A stretch of DNA of 64,000 nt from Deltaproteobacteria bacterium (GTDB lineage: Bacteria; Desulfobacterota; Desulfobacteria; Desulfobacterales; Desulfobacteraceae), in the NCBI GenBank assembly GCA_027858995.1, contig JAQIBP010000072.1, positions 6,614-70,613 of the forward strand, read 5' to 3'. Every line of letters starts with the position of its first letter. The first letter of the stretch is position 1. The notes beneath the pieces were generated by a model. That model did no database searches. It was given only the letters and a program-made list of their open reading frames with translations, and was not told the origin of the DNA. A program made the position numbers and the translations under genes. Shown in pieces: positions 36,740 to 46,789 of the stretch.

Positions 36740-39700
36740 TCATAACTCCTGTACCACTTTCTTTAGATAAATAACGGCGGATTTTGTATTCAGATAGCCT
36801 AAAACCTGGTAAGCCCTTTCATCCCGGGCAAGGGTGCTGACGGCACTGTTCTCATCCAGAAAGCTGCCGAATGTCAGTGCATTGGCAGGACAGGTCTGTA
36901 CACATGCCGGCTGGACTTCCTTGTCCCGGATTTTCCGGTTCTCATTTTTGGCCTGGTTACGGGCACGTTTTATTCTCTGTACACAAAAAGAGCATTTTTC
37001 CATGACACCTTTGCTTCTGTCTGTGACATCGGGGTTGAGCTGGAGGTTGAGAGGTTTTGGCCTTTCCCAGTCAAACCAGTTGAATTTTCTGACTTTATAC
37101 GGGCAGTTCTGGGCACAGAACCGTGTGCCGATACAGCGGTTGTAAACCTGGTTGTTGAGTCCTTCTTTAGAATGATGGGAGGCATAAACCGGGCATACGG
37201 ATTCACATGGCGCAGCATCGCAGTGCTGGCACATCATGGGAAGGAAGATCAGTTTTTCCTCGATGGTCTGGTCCTGGTACCGCTCGATTCTCAACCAGGC
37301 CATCTCCCGGCCTTTTGCCAGTTGAGTTTTTCCCACCACACCGATATTGTTTTCCGCATAACAGGCGGCCACGCAGGCGCTGCAGCCCACACATCTGTCC
37401 AGGTCCACTATCATTCCCCACCGGTATCCTTCATGGTCATGGGAAGGGTAAATATCTCGTTTTTTGTCGTATCCGTCTTTTGTAGGAAGGGTCAGCGGGA
37501 ACCGGTTCATATCCAGACCTTCTCCCTCTTCTTTTTTATGCCCGACAGGGTCATGACCCCTTGTCACTGACAGGGCAATTTTCCGATGATACTGTGACCG
37601 GCTTCCGTCTGTCTGTGGAAGCGTAACAGCTGTGCCTGTTTTCTTAACCAAAGTGGGTGTGATTAAATAAGACAGGAAATTTGAAGTTCCCTGATTATTT
37701 ATCGGATTACTTGACAAAAGATGGATCGGGCTGCTTCCAAACCCTGCTGCATATCGACCGTAAGATTTATGGCCCTGACCGATCTGCATGACGATCAGTT
37801 CAGGGGCAACCCCGGTGTAAGAGTAGACTGGTGCTTTAATTGTTTGGTTTTCAGCTTCAATCTTCAGGATGTCTCCGTGCGTGAAACCATATTCCCCAAG
37901 GGTTGAAGGGTGGATCATGAGCATGGTTTCCCAGGCAATATTGGTAACGGGATCGGGTATTTCATTGAGCCAGGACTTGTTGGCCCCGCGCCCGTCATAC
38001 AGGCGAAGTGACGGTACAGCCAAAAAGTTTAAGGATTTTTTCTCAAATGGTTGAATCAATGCAATCGTCTCTTTCAGCTTCGAAAGTGATCTTTCGTTAA
38101 GGGACGGTTTTCTGGATTGAGATGTGTTGCCGGGAGGAAATATCCCACCTTTTTGAATCGTTTCAATGAAATCGGTTTTGCTGTTTCCCTCCATATTCGT
38201 ATACAGGTAGTCTGCAAGGTATTGATAATAATCTTCAAACTGCTGATGCCGGCCTGACAGTTTAAGAAAGACATCTCCCACGGAAGGGGCTTTTGTCATT
38301 TGTCCCATGGCAGGCTGGAGCGTTGAGATACAAGCTGTGTTGCTTTTATAACTGTCCCAGGTTTCCAGGGGCAGCTGGACAGGAAAGATAAGGTCTGCGG
38401 CGTTGGATGTTTCATCCAGAAAATTTGAGAAACTGACTTTAAATATATCATCTTGATTGAAAATTTTAGTTAATTCACTATTGATGGGAAATGTAAACAA
38501 GGGATTGGTATTATAAAATAATAACAGATCTGTGGTCCCGGCAACAGCCGTTTTAAAGAAATCAGTCGTTTCTTTGGCTGTCATGACCTGTTCCACAGAA
38601 TGTCTTTTTTCAAAATCATACAAAGAAAGATCCTTGTCCAGCATCAAATTAATGAGTGTTGCGACCATGTCCAGGGCCAGTGATGAGTCCGCATTAGTGG
38701 CGCCTGCAGATCCGAGAACCAGTGGGCGGTCAGAAGAAATCAATAACCGGGCCAATTGTTTCTGGTCGTCGGCCAAGAGTCCTGTCTTTTCCTGGATGGA
38801 TGTTGAATCATATGCTGCACAAATGCCTTTGAGTGCGCCCACAAACAGATACGGCAGATGATCACAGGTTTCGGTTTTAAGGATTTGACGCATGATACCT
38901 AGGGCTGCCAGATATTCCTGACCGGCAGTGATGGGGAGAAATTTATCCGCATTGGCAGCGGTCAGAGACATGTACGGTCCGGCATGGATGAAAACCCCTT
39001 TTTTACCTTTTTTTTCAGCATGCATGGATTTGAATTTTCGGATATATTCAACCGGTGAAAGCCATGTTTCTATAAAATCCGCTCCAAAACCCAGGATAAA
39101 GTCTGCTTTCTCCATATGAAAAGAGGGAAGCGTGGCGGTTGAAAACAAGGCCTTATGGGCGGCTTTCAACGCGTCATGGGAATAGGGTTCATACATAACG
39201 GCAGGGCTTGAATCAAAGGCTTTCAAAGCGGTTGAAAACAGTGAAGAAAGGGGATCGGAAGTGATACCTGTCATCATCTTGATGCGGTTGCTTCCTTTTT
39301 TTGATGATGCCTGCATCCGTTCTTTGAGAATGTCAAAGGCCTGATCAAAAGAGATGGATTTAAATGTCCGGCCTGTTTTCAGCTGCGGCAGGGTAAGCCT
39401 GTCCGGATCATAAACAGATTGCAGGGCAGCCTGCCCCCGGATGCAGAGCTTTCCCTGGTTAACCGGATGAGCGGGATTTCCCTCCAGTTTGATGACACGG
39501 CCTTCGCGGTTCTTTGCAATAATACCGCATCCTGCCGGACATTCCATGCAGGTCGATGCATACCATACCGCTTGCCCGGTCACAAAATCTTCAGGGGCCG
39601 TCACCAGGGAGAAGATATTTTTATCATGGTTTGAGTCGCAGCCATAGGCAACAGCAATACTTCCAAGTCCGGCGGTTTTGAGAAATGTTCGCCTATCCAT
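36740..39700 (-). CDS. actB: Alternative Complex III subunit ActB (Tat signal, molybdopterin-oxidoreductase-like domain, 4-cluster ferredoxin domain)
   Basis: MDRRTFLKTAGLGS is a twin-arginine signal and CMECPAGCG...C is the N-terminal Fe-S motif. The C-terminal CVGCSACVAAC, CQHCDAAPC and CIGTRFCAQNC motifs are ferredoxin-like. Confidence 0.85.
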   Translation of the reverse strand: MDRRTFLKTAGLGSIAVAYGCDSNHDKNIFSLVTAPEDFVTGQAVWYASTCMECPAGCGIIAKNREGRVIKLEGNPAHPVNQGKLCIRGQAALQSVYDPDRLTLPQLKTGRTFKSISFDQAFDILKERMQASSKKGSNRIKMMTGITSDPLSSLFSTALKAFDSSPAVMYEPYSHDALKAAHKALFSTATLPSFHMEKADFILGFGADFIETWLSPVEYIRKFKSMHAEKKGKKGVFIHAGPYMSLTAANADKFLPITAGQEYLAALGIMRQILKTETCDHLPYLFVGALKGICAAYDSTSIQEKTGLLADDQKQLARLLISSDRPLVLGSAGATNADSSLALDMVATLINLMLDKDLSLYDFEKRHSVEQVMTAKETTDFFKTAVAGTTDLLLFYNTNPLFTFPINSELTKIFNQDDIFKVSFSNFLDETSNAADLIFPVQLPLETWDSYKSNTACISTLQPAMGQMTKAPSVGDVFLKLSGRHQQFEDYYQYLADYLYTNMEGNSKTDFIETIQKGGIFPPGNTSQSRKPSLNERSLSKLKETIALIQPFEKKSLNFLAVPSLRLYDGRGANKSWLNEIPDPVTNIAWETMLMIHPSTLGEYGFTHGDILKIEAENQTIKAPVYSYTGVAPELIVMQIGQGHKSYGRYAAGFGSSPIHLLSSNPINNQGTSNFLSYLITPTLVKKTGTAVTLPQTDGSRSQYHRKIALSVTRGHDPVGHKKEEGEGLDMNRFPLTLPTKDGYDKKRDIYPSHDHEGYRWGMIVDLDRCVGCSACVAACYAENNIGVVGKTQLAKGREMAWLRIERYQDQTIEEKLIFLPMMCQHCDAAPCESVCPVYASHHSKEGLNNQVYNRCIGTRFCAQNCPYKVRKFNWFDWERPKPLNLQLNPDVTDRSKGVMEKCSFCVQRIKRARNQAKNENRKIRDKEVQPACVQTCPANALTFGSFLDENSAVSTLARDERAYQVLGYLNTKSAVIYLKKVVQEL

Positions 39701-39709
39701 TATATATCC

Positions 39710-40504
39710 TTATTTTCTTCCTGAATGAATCACAGCGATTCCATTTGTTAACTTTTTGATTTTGATCTCCTTAAAACCGATTTTTTGTAAAATCAGACTT
39801 AACTCCCCGGGTAAGGGAAACGCTCTAATGGATTCGGGGAATGCCGTATAGGCTTCTTTTGAACCGGTGATGAGACCACCTATCAACGGCATTACCTTAA
39901 ATGAGTACAGATCGTAAAGATATCTGAAAATAGTGTTGTCAGGTTTTGAGAATTCCAGACAGCACATGGTGCCGCCTTTTTTTAATACCCGGAAGATTTC
40001 CTTGAAACCGGTTTCAAGATGGGTGACGTTCCGAATTCCAAATCCAATGGAGATAGAGTCAAAGGAGTCATCGGGAAAAGAGAGGCATTCAGCATCCCCT
40101 TGAACAAAGGTCACACCTTTCAAGGATTTTTTTTCCCCTTGCCGGATCATTTTCCGATTAATGTCGTACACCACGGACAGGCCTTTTTCTCCTGTTATGG
40201 ATGCGGATAAACCAGCCATATCTCCGGTTCCTCCGCATACATCAAGAACTCTGTGTTTTGGTTTGATCATAAGTGTTTCAATTGCTTTTCGCTTCCATGC
40301 GTAATGGATTCCAGCGCTCAGGATGGTATTCATTAAGTCGTATCTAGTTGCAATGGTATCAAAATGCCGGTTGACCCGGTGAATTTTGTCGGATTCGGCA
40401 CAAAAATTAAATCCAAATCTTGCAGTCCGGGTCACTGATACATGTTTTTCAAGTTGTTCGAGTCGTTTTTTTCTATTATACCATTTATTCATGTTTAAGA
40501 TCAT
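39710..40504 (-). CDS. ubiE: Demethylmenaquinone/ubiquinone C-methyltransferase
   Basis: HFDTIATRYDLMNTILSAGIHYAWKR and VLDVCGGTGD are UbiE/MenG blocks. Confidence 0.85.
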   Translation of the reverse strand: MILNMNKWYNRKKRLEQLEKHVSVTRTARFGFNFCAESDKIHRVNRHFDTIATRYDLMNTILSAGIHYAWKRKAIETLMIKPKHRVLDVCGGTGDMAGLSASITGEKGLSVVYDINRKMIRQGEKKSLKGVTFVQGDAECLSFPDDSFDSISIGFGIRNVTHLETGFKEIFRVLKKGGTMCCLEFSKPDNTIFRYLYDLYSFKVMPLIGGLITGSKEAYTAFPESIRAFPLPGELSLILQKIGFKEIKIKKLTNGIAVIHSGRK

Positions 40505-40687
40505 TTTCTTACCCGATTTTATTTGTAAATGATGTAAAACATGCTGTTTTTATAACACATGTACCGAAAAATGATAATAGTTTTTTAAAAATATATTTAT
40601 GGTATTGATAATTTGACAAAGAATGAATATGAACATATAATTGGTAGATATGATTGAAACTAAAACTTAAATTTCAGGAAGGATATT

Positions 40688-41014
40688 ATGACACAAAATA
40701 TAATTGAACTTGAAGATGATTCTTTTGAGCAGAAGGTTCTTAAATCAGAAAAACCTGTGATGGTGGATTTCTGGGCACCCTGGTGCGGTCCTTGTAAAGC
40801 CATTACTCCTACTGTGGAAGCTCTTGAAAAAGAGTATGGTGACAAAATGACATTTGCAAAGGTAAATGTTGATGACAACCCTGTCAGCCCCAGTAAATAC
40901 GGTGTACAGGCAATTCCAACACTGATCTTTTTTAAAAACGGCGAAATAGCTGAACAGATTACCGGGATGGTTGCCAAGGAAAAACTTGAAGAAACCATTA
41001 AATCAGTCTTGTAA
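40688..41014 (+). CDS. trxA: Thioredoxin
   Basis: WAPWCGPCK is present and the protein is 108 aa. Confidence 0.95.
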   Translation: MTQNIIELEDDSFEQKVLKSEKPVMVDFWAPWCGPCKAITPTVEALEKEYGDKMTFAKVNVDDNPVSPSKYGVQAIPTLIFFKNGEIAEQITGMVAKEKLEETIKSVL

Positions 41015-41026
41015 GGAGAGTGTATC

Positions 41027-41947
41027 ATGGCGGAAACTGACAATGATCTTGTCATAATAGGGGCAGGTCCCGCAGGTCTGACAGCTGGTATTTATGCTGC
41101 AAGAGCAAGGATGAATGTACTTTTGCTGGAAAAAGCAGTACCAGGCGGCCAGATTCTGGTGACAGACTGGATTGAGAACTATTCCGGATTTCCGGAAGGT
41201 ATTTCAGGGTTTGATCTTTCTGAAAAAATGAAAACCCAGGCTGAAGAGCTGGGATTGAAGATTGAAACAGCAGAAGTTCATTCTCTCAATCTTGCCGGAG
41301 AAGTAAAGGAAATTATTCTTAAAGACAGAAGCATTACAAGCAAAAGTCTTATCATTGCATCCGGCGCATCCCCGAGAAAACTCGGTATTGGAGAAGATAA
41401 ATTCATGGGAAAAGGTATTTCTTTTTGTGCCACTTGTGATGCACCTTTTTTCAAAGAAAAAACAGTGGTTGCCATTGGCGGAGGAGATACCGCGGTCCAG
41501 GAAGCCGTGTTCCTGACAAAATTTGCTTCAAAAGTATATCTTATTCACAGAAGAGATAAATTAAGAGCCGAAAAAATACTCCAGGAAAGAGCCTTTGAAA
41601 ATGATAAAATTGAAATCATCTGGGACAGTATTGCAACAGGTGTGGAAGGTTTTTTTGGTGTGGAAAGTGTTAAAATAAAAAATGTAAAAACCAATGAAGA
41701 GAAAACCTTAAAAGCTGACGGATGTTTTATATGGGTTGGAATTTTACCCAATACCTCTTTTTTAAATGAATCCCTTAAAACAGATGAGACAGGTTTTATT
41801 CAAGCTGATAAAAACATGCAGACATCTGTTCCAGGTGTGTTTGCCGTTGGAGATGTAAGAGATACTCCTCTAAGGCAGATTGCTACTGCAGTTGGAGATG
41901 GTGCTATGGCTGCTGTATCTGCAGAACATTTTATTGAAAATCTTTAA
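41027..41947 (+). CDS. trxB: Thioredoxin-disulfide reductase
   Basis: GAGPAGLTAGIYAAR gives the FAD motif, CATCDA the redox centre and GGGDTAVQEA the NADPH motif. Confidence 0.9.
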   Translation: MAETDNDLVIIGAGPAGLTAGIYAARARMNVLLLEKAVPGGQILVTDWIENYSGFPEGISGFDLSEKMKTQAEELGLKIETAEVHSLNLAGEVKEIILKDRSITSKSLIIASGASPRKLGIGEDKFMGKGISFCATCDAPFFKEKTVVAIGGGDTAVQEAVFLTKFASKVYLIHRRDKLRAEKILQERAFENDKIEIIWDSIATGVEGFFGVESVKIKNVKTNEEKTLKADGCFIWVGILPNTSFLNESLKTDETGFIQADKNMQTSVPGVFAVGDVRDTPLRQIATAVGDGAMAAVSAEHFIENL

Positions 41948-41949
41948 TT

Positions 41950-42600
41950 ATGAGAAAACTATTACTACTTGTCACAACTCTTTTTTTATTTACCGGATGT
42001 TCTCTGTTTGAGCCCTCCCATGAAATGGAAAAAAATGCTGAAGAGCTTGTTTCCGATGGATCTTCAGCATTTGCAGCCGGAGACTATAAAGATGCTGTCA
42101 AAGCCTATACAGATTTAAAGGATTGGTATCCGTTCAGCAAGTATGCCATTCTGGCCGAACTTAAAATTGCTGACTCCCATTTTCATCTTGAAGAGTATGA
42201 TGAAGCGATCCTGGGCTATGAAGAGTTTGAAAAAATGCATCCAAAAAATGACGCCATTCCCTATGTGATCTACCAGACCGGACTCTGCTGGTTTAAACAA
42301 TTGGATACAGTTGACCGGGACAGCTCCCCTGCGAGAAACAGTCTGACCCAGTTCAACAGATTAATAAACCAGTTTCCTGAAAATGAGTATGCAAAAAAGG
42401 CTGAGAAAAATATTAAAGAATGTGTGGCAAACATTTCTGGACATGAACTTTATGTTGCCAATTTTTATATGAAAACAAAAAAATATAAAGCTGCATTAAA
42501 AAGATATGAGTATATTGTTGAACATTACCCAGGCTCTGAGGAGAGCAAGGAATCTTTAAATAAAATCTCCAAGTGCCGAACTCTTGCCAATAAAAAATAA
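41950..42600 (+). CDS. bamD: Outer-membrane protein assembly factor BamD (TPR lipoprotein)
   Basis: The lipobox is LFLFTGC. TPR-like repeats and the size fit BamD/YfiO. Confidence 0.8.
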   Translation: MRKLLLLVTTLFLFTGCSLFEPSHEMEKNAEELVSDGSSAFAAGDYKDAVKAYTDLKDWYPFSKYAILAELKIADSHFHLEEYDEAILGYEEFEKMHPKNDAIPYVIYQTGLCWFKQLDTVDRDSSPARNSLTQFNRLINQFPENEYAKKAEKNIKECVANISGHELYVANFYMKTKKYKAALKRYEYIVEHYPGSEESKESLNKISKCRTLANKK

Positions 42601-42682
42601 AAATTTCTTTACTTTCATCTGTTTTTAATATATACATTTAAGGTTTTTATTTTGTTAAAAGACAATTACAGGAGAATATAAT

Positions 42683-42877
42683 ATGTCAAAAGAGTGTGCT
42701 ATCTGCGGAAAAAAATCAATGGTTGGCAATAATGTCAGTCATGCTCATAATTTAAACAAAAGAAAATTCAACCCTAATCTTCAAAGAGTTCGTGTTGTTG
42801 TTAAAAAAGGTTGCGTTAGAAAAATCGATGTCTGTACAAGTTGCATAAAAGCCGGAAAAGTTGTTAAAGCTGCATAG
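42683..42877 (+). CDS. rpmB: 50S ribosomal protein L28
   Basis: [11 protein letters not shown]...[16 protein letters not shown] is the L28 signature. Confidence 0.95.
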   Translation: MSKECAICGKKSMVGNNVSHAHNLNKRKFNPNLQRVRVVVKKGCVRKIDVCTSCIKAGKVVKAA

Positions 42878-42952
42878 ATTAAGTTAATTTTTACTCTTAA
42901 TCTTGAGTTTTTATTTTAATAAAGGAATCTATCTTTAATTGAAAATTAAAAA

Positions 42953-45112
42953 TCATTCAATTTGTATGATACGCTTTACATCAATAACTTTTTTTACTTT
43001 TCTGATATCTGACATAATTTTGAGAAGCTGATCTGAACTTTCCACCAGGAATGTAAAATAAAACAGACCAAGACCACTGTCTCTGGTTTCACTTTTTGCA
43101 TTTAAAATATTAGATTTATATTTACTGATAACCGAAGCTATATCTGCAAGAAGGCCGAATCTGTCATCTGTTTCAACCTTTATACTGGCAGGATAAGATT
43201 CTGAAAAACTGCCACTCCATTCAACTTCAATCTGACGCTCCTTGCTCATTTTCATGACATTGAGACAGCCCTTACGGTGAATGGTTACTCCCTGCCCCTG
43301 GGTAATATAACCAGTAATACGTTCCCCCGGCAAAGGGTTGCAGCATTTTGAAAATCTAACAAGGATATCATCAAGCCCTTTTACTATAATCCCTGTACTC
43401 TCTTTTTTCTTACGCCTGCCAACCACTTTTTGAAGAATACTATCCTCTTTTGCTTCCTGCTTTTCAAATTCAGGCAGGGCTTTATTCAACACCTGCAAAG
43501 GAGTAAGTTTTCCAAACCCGACATGGGCTATGAGATCACCTATACTTTTAAAACCAAAAGTCTCTGCTACCTTTTTAATTTGACCTGATTTAATGAGAGC
43601 ATTAAAATTCTGGTTTTTCTTTTTAAAAGTTTTTTCACACATTTCCCTACCCAGAGAATAACTTCTCTCTCTTTCCTTTGCATTGATCCAGGCGCGGATT
43701 TTGGTCCTTGCCTTTACGGTTTTTACAAAGTTGAGCCAGTCAGGGCTTGGGGTATGATTTTTGGTAGTAATAATCTCTACTGTATCACCAGTGTTCAGTT
43801 TATGGGTAAGCTGCACTATTTTTCCATTTACCTTTGCTCCTGTGCACTGGGCTCCAACCTCAGTGTGTATCATATAAGCAAAATCTACAGGCGTAGCTTT
43901 TTTCGGCAGGGTCTTTATCTCTCCCTGGGGTGTGAATACATATATTTCATCGGGATATAAATCAATTCGAACATTTTCAAGGAATTCATCTGGATCATTA
44001 TAACTTTCCTGATTTTCCACAAGCTTGCTGATCCATGCAAATAGCTCACCCGTAGTCTCATCAGTCTTGGTACCCTCTTTATAACTCCAGTGAGCTGCAA
44101 TTCCAGATTCTGCAATTCTATCCATATCATGGGTTCTGATCTGAATTTCAACCCGCTCTCCTTTTGGCCCCATCACTGTTGTATGAATAGATCGATACAT
44201 ATTGGGCTTGGGATTACCAATATAATCCTTGATTTTATAATAAATCGGCTTCCATGTGGAGTGGGAGTGTATGGCACCCATGGCTGCATAACACTGGGGT
44301 ATTGTATCAAGAATAATTCTAAAGGCTATGATGTCATAAACTTCCTCAAAGTCCAGATCCTGAGAAATCATCTTCTGATAAATGCTGTAATGCTGCTTAT
44401 ATCTTCCCTTTATTTCACACTTCAGGTCCATCTCCTCCATTTTTTCATGAAGAGCTGCTCTTACCTCTTTAATATGATTCTCTTTTTCATCCTTTGCTTT
44501 ATTGACAAGAGCATCAATACGTTCATAATCCTCTCTTAAAGTATAATAAAAAGCAATTTCTTCCAGCTCATATTTTATCCAGAATATTCCAAGACGTGCG
44601 GCTATGGGAGCATAAATATCTAAAGTCTCCTGGGCAATGGCTACCTGTTTTTCAGGCTTCCCATGATATTTAAGAGTCCTCATATTATGGATTCTATCGG
44701 CAAGTTTGATCAGCACCACCCGGATATCATCTGCCATGGCAAGGATCATTTTCCTCAGGCTTTCTGCCTGATATGCGATTTTAGTTGAAAACGATAAACC
44801 TGAAAGTTTTGTGACGCCTGAGACAATATGGGCAACACCCGGGCCAAACATATTTTCTATATCTTCTCTTGTTGCAGCGGTATCTTCAATGACATCATGC
44901 AAAAGGGCTGCTGCAATACTTTCAACATCAAGACGCATATCTGCCAGAATATTGGCAACTTCCAGGGGATGGGACAAATAGGGTTCACCGGAAAGCCGCA
45001 TCTGGCCTTCATGGGCTTTTGCCGAATAAATATATGCCCTGTCTATAATATCAGAATCTCCTCCTGGATTATAGTCATATATTTTATCAAGTATGTCTGT
45101 AATTCTGATCAT
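42953..45112 (-). CDS. rel: Bifunctional (p)ppGpp synthetase/hydrolase (RSH/Rel-SpoT)
   Basis: Contains the HD domain (HPLEV...HDVIEDT), the synthetase block (YRSIHTTV) and TGS and ACT C-terminal domains. Confidence 0.95.
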   Translation of the reverse strand: MIRITDILDKIYDYNPGGDSDIIDRAYIYSAKAHEGQMRLSGEPYLSHPLEVANILADMRLDVESIAAALLHDVIEDTAATREDIENMFGPGVAHIVSGVTKLSGLSFSTKIAYQAESLRKMILAMADDIRVVLIKLADRIHNMRTLKYHGKPEKQVAIAQETLDIYAPIAARLGIFWIKYELEEIAFYYTLREDYERIDALVNKAKDEKENHIKEVRAALHEKMEEMDLKCEIKGRYKQHYSIYQKMISQDLDFEEVYDIIAFRIILDTIPQCYAAMGAIHSHSTWKPIYYKIKDYIGNPKPNMYRSIHTTVMGPKGERVEIQIRTHDMDRIAESGIAAHWSYKEGTKTDETTGELFAWISKLVENQESYNDPDEFLENVRIDLYPDEIYVFTPQGEIKTLPKKATPVDFAYMIHTEVGAQCTGAKVNGKIVQLTHKLNTGDTVEIITTKNHTPSPDWLNFVKTVKARTKIRAWINAKERERSYSLGREMCEKTFKKKNQNFNALIKSGQIKKVAETFGFKSIGDLIAHVGFGKLTPLQVLNKALPEFEKQEAKEDSILQKVVGRRKKKESTGIIVKGLDDILVRFSKCCNPLPGERITGYITQGQGVTIHRKGCLNVMKMSKERQIEVEWSGSFSESYPASIKVETDDRFGLLADIASVISKYKSNILNAKSETRDSGLGLFYFTFLVESSDQLLKIMSDIRKVKKVIDVKRIIQIE

Positions 45113-45277
45113 TATTAATTAGTTCCTGGTCAAACACCAGTGTTTGATTGAAAAATTGACCATATGTGAGGCGCTAAAAATTTTAAAACCGGAGTGTACT
45201 TTAGTACATGAGGCCAGTTTTAAAATTTGGCAAAATTTTGCAGCAACGAAGCAGATGGATGAATTTTCGTTCAAACG
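45113..45277 (-). other. Structured intergenic region: a long AU-rich hairpin (45176-45230), a shorter hairpin (45131-46) and an AACGAA/TTCGTT stem
   Basis: Complementary arms were read directly. One arm position is a G.U pair only in the minus-strand transcript. Confidence 0.4.
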
Positions 45278-46789
45278 CTAATATGCCTTGGCAAAAAGCA
45301 CCCTCCTTGAGCTGGAATTATCACAGCAGATACATTTGCCCTGTTCTGTGGGACTGTTAAATGGAATACACCGGATAGTTACGGATAGATCGTTTTTTAT
45401 TTTTTGTTCACACTCTTGTGATCCACACCAGTGTGCCATGACAAATGCACCATTATTAAACCCTTTTGCCTTTTTATATAATTTATAAAATTGTTTTTTA
45501 TCATCAATTTCAAAAGTGTTTTCTTTTCTATGATTCACAGCCCGGTTAAAATAATTATCCTGGATACTGTCCAGTATATCCACGATTTGATCTATAAATT
45601 CTTCCCTGTTCATGGATTGTTTCCTGTTTGATGGCTCATCCCTTCTGGCCATATAAACGGAGTTTTGTGCGATATCCCTCGGTCCAAGCTCAATACGTAC
45701 AGGAATACCTTTTTTGACCCATTCCCAGCCTCTGGCTCCACCAATATCTCTATCATCAATTTCAATGATAAGTTTTCTGCCATGAAATTGTTTGTCTTCC
45801 AGTGCATCTTTAAGGCTTCTGGCACTTTCCATGATACTCCGGCTCTCTTCATCTTTTTTCAAAATCGGCAGGATAACAATATGGGCAGGAGCCACTTTGG
45901 GCGGCACCACAAGACCATCATCATCGGAATGCACCATGATCATCCCACCTATCATACGGGTGGAAGTTCCCCATGATGTAGTCCAGACATAGGCCTCCTG
46001 GCCCTCTTCATTTTGAAATTTAATATCAGAACCCCTGGCAAAATTCTGTCCCAGAAAATGTGATGTTCCTGCCTGCAGTGCTCTTTTATCCTGCATCATG
46101 CATTCAATACAGAGAGTATCTTCAGCTCCCGGGAATCTTTCTGAAGCAGTTTTTCTACCCCTGATTACCGGCATGGCAAGATACTCTTCAACAAACTTTG
46201 TATAGATATCCAGCATGAGCATGGTTCTCTCTTTTGCTTCAGACTCTTTTGCATGGGCAGTATGGCCCTCCTGCCATAAAAATTCACTGGTTCTTAAAAA
46301 CATGCGGGTGCGCATTTCCCACCTGACCACATTTGCCCACTGATTTAAAAGAATGGGAAGATCCCTGTAACTTGATGTCCATCTGGACATGGATTCACCT
46401 ATGATTGTTTCAGATGTGGGACGTACAATTAAAGGCTCAGCAAGTTTTCCTGCAGGCACAAGGCCTCCTTTATCATCTTTTTCAAGCTTGTGATGGGTGA
46501 CAACAGCACACTCTTTGGCAAAGCCCTCTATATGTTCTGCCTCTTTTTCAAAATAACTTAAAGGAATAAAGAGAGGGAAATAGGCATTTTTCACACCGGT
46601 TTCCTTAAACATTAAATCCATCTGGTTCATGATATTTTCCCACAGAGCATATCCCCATGGTTTTATCACCATACATCCCCTAACAGGAGAGTTTTCAGCC
46701 ATGTCAGAGGCCTTAATCACCTCCTGATACCAGGCTGGATAATCTTGCTCCCTGGTTGGTGTGATTGCTGTTTTATTTTTTTTTGCCAT
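45278..46789 (-). CDS. proS: Proline-tRNA ligase (archaeal/eukaryote-like type, no INS editing domain)
   Basis: TPTREQDYPAWYQEVIKASDMAENSPVRGCMVIKPWGY... is followed by class II motifs and a C-terminal Zn-binding domain ending in ...AY. Confidence 0.95.
   Translation of the reverse strand: MAKKNKTAITPTREQDYPAWYQEVIKASDMAENSPVRGCMVIKPWGYALWENIMNQMDLMFKETGVKNAYFPLFIPLSYFEKEAEHIEGFAKECAVVTHHKLEKDDKGGLVPAGKLAEPLIVRPTSETIIGESMSRWTSSYRDLPILLNQWANVVRWEMRTRMFLRTSEFLWQEGHTAHAKESEAKERTMLMLDIYTKFVEEYLAMPVIRGRKTASERFPGAEDTLCIECMMQDKRALQAGTSHFLGQNFARGSDIKFQNEEGQEAYVWTTSWGTSTRMIGGMIMVHSDDDGLVVPPKVAPAHIVILPILKKDEESRSIMESARSLKDALEDKQFHGRKLIIEIDDRDIGGARGWEWVKKGIPVRIELGPRDIAQNSVYMARRDEPSNRKQSMNREEFIDQIVDILDSIQDNYFNRAVNHRKENTFEIDDKKQFYKLYKKAKGFNNGAFVMAHWCGSQECEQKIKNDLSVTIRCIPFNSPTEQGKCICCDNSSSRRVLFAKAY

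Noticed and set aside
40605-40618. TTGAT-aatt-TGACA upstream of the ubiE-ACIII-cbb3 operon as an FNR/CRP-type box
   Set aside because: Only one half-site matches the TTGAT-N4-ATCAA consensus. In AT-rich DNA this is expected by chance.
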